A DNA stretch of 64,000 nucleotides, from assembly GCA_963833225.1 (NCBI GenBank), contig CAWHXD010000008.1, positions 224,001 to 288,000 of the forward strand. The letters are read 5' to 3'. Position 1 is the first letter of the stretch, and each line of letters opens with the position of its first letter. This DNA comes from an uncultured Chloroflexia bacterium (GTDB lineage: Bacteria; Chloroflexota; Limnocylindria; Limnocylindrales; CSP1-4). Below the pieces are notes generated by a model. That model made no database searches. It was not told the DNA's origin and was given only the letters and a program-made list of their open reading frames with translations. This document shows, piece by piece, positions 60,957 through 64,000 of this stretch. The translations under genes and the position numbers were made by a program.

Positions 60957-64000
<3,044 letters not shown>

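Overview
Very GC-rich bacterial chromosome segment. Gene order and protein style suggest Chloroflexota, probably Limnocylindria/Ellin6529-like (inference). Most of the window is core housekeeping DNA on the minus strand: coaD, rsmD, recG, fakA, rlmN, fmt/def, priA, gmk, lspA, ileS, rpsF-ssb-rpsR, htpX/lemA, secG, gpmI, tpiA, whiA, yvcK, rapZ, tatAC, pyrF, recJ, secDF, uvrC, uvrA and eight tRNA genes (rpmB is on the plus strand). Many core genes carry frameshifts, most likely uncorrected assembly indels. The accessory part is a ~5.7 kb islet between tRNA-Cys and tRNA-Leu(UAA) (30.6-36.3 kb). It holds (i) an apparently complete IS110-family element whose CT core, junction promoter and left-end bridge-RNA guide segments can be read from the sequence; (ii) a lipoprotein + M23 peptidase pair; and (iii) two tandem lipoprotein genes that share an identical 296-bp upstream/signal/linker block but have highly diverged C-terminal domains, plus a decayed third copy and attC-like downstream motifs. 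All calls come from reading the sequence and recognising motifs; no searches were run.
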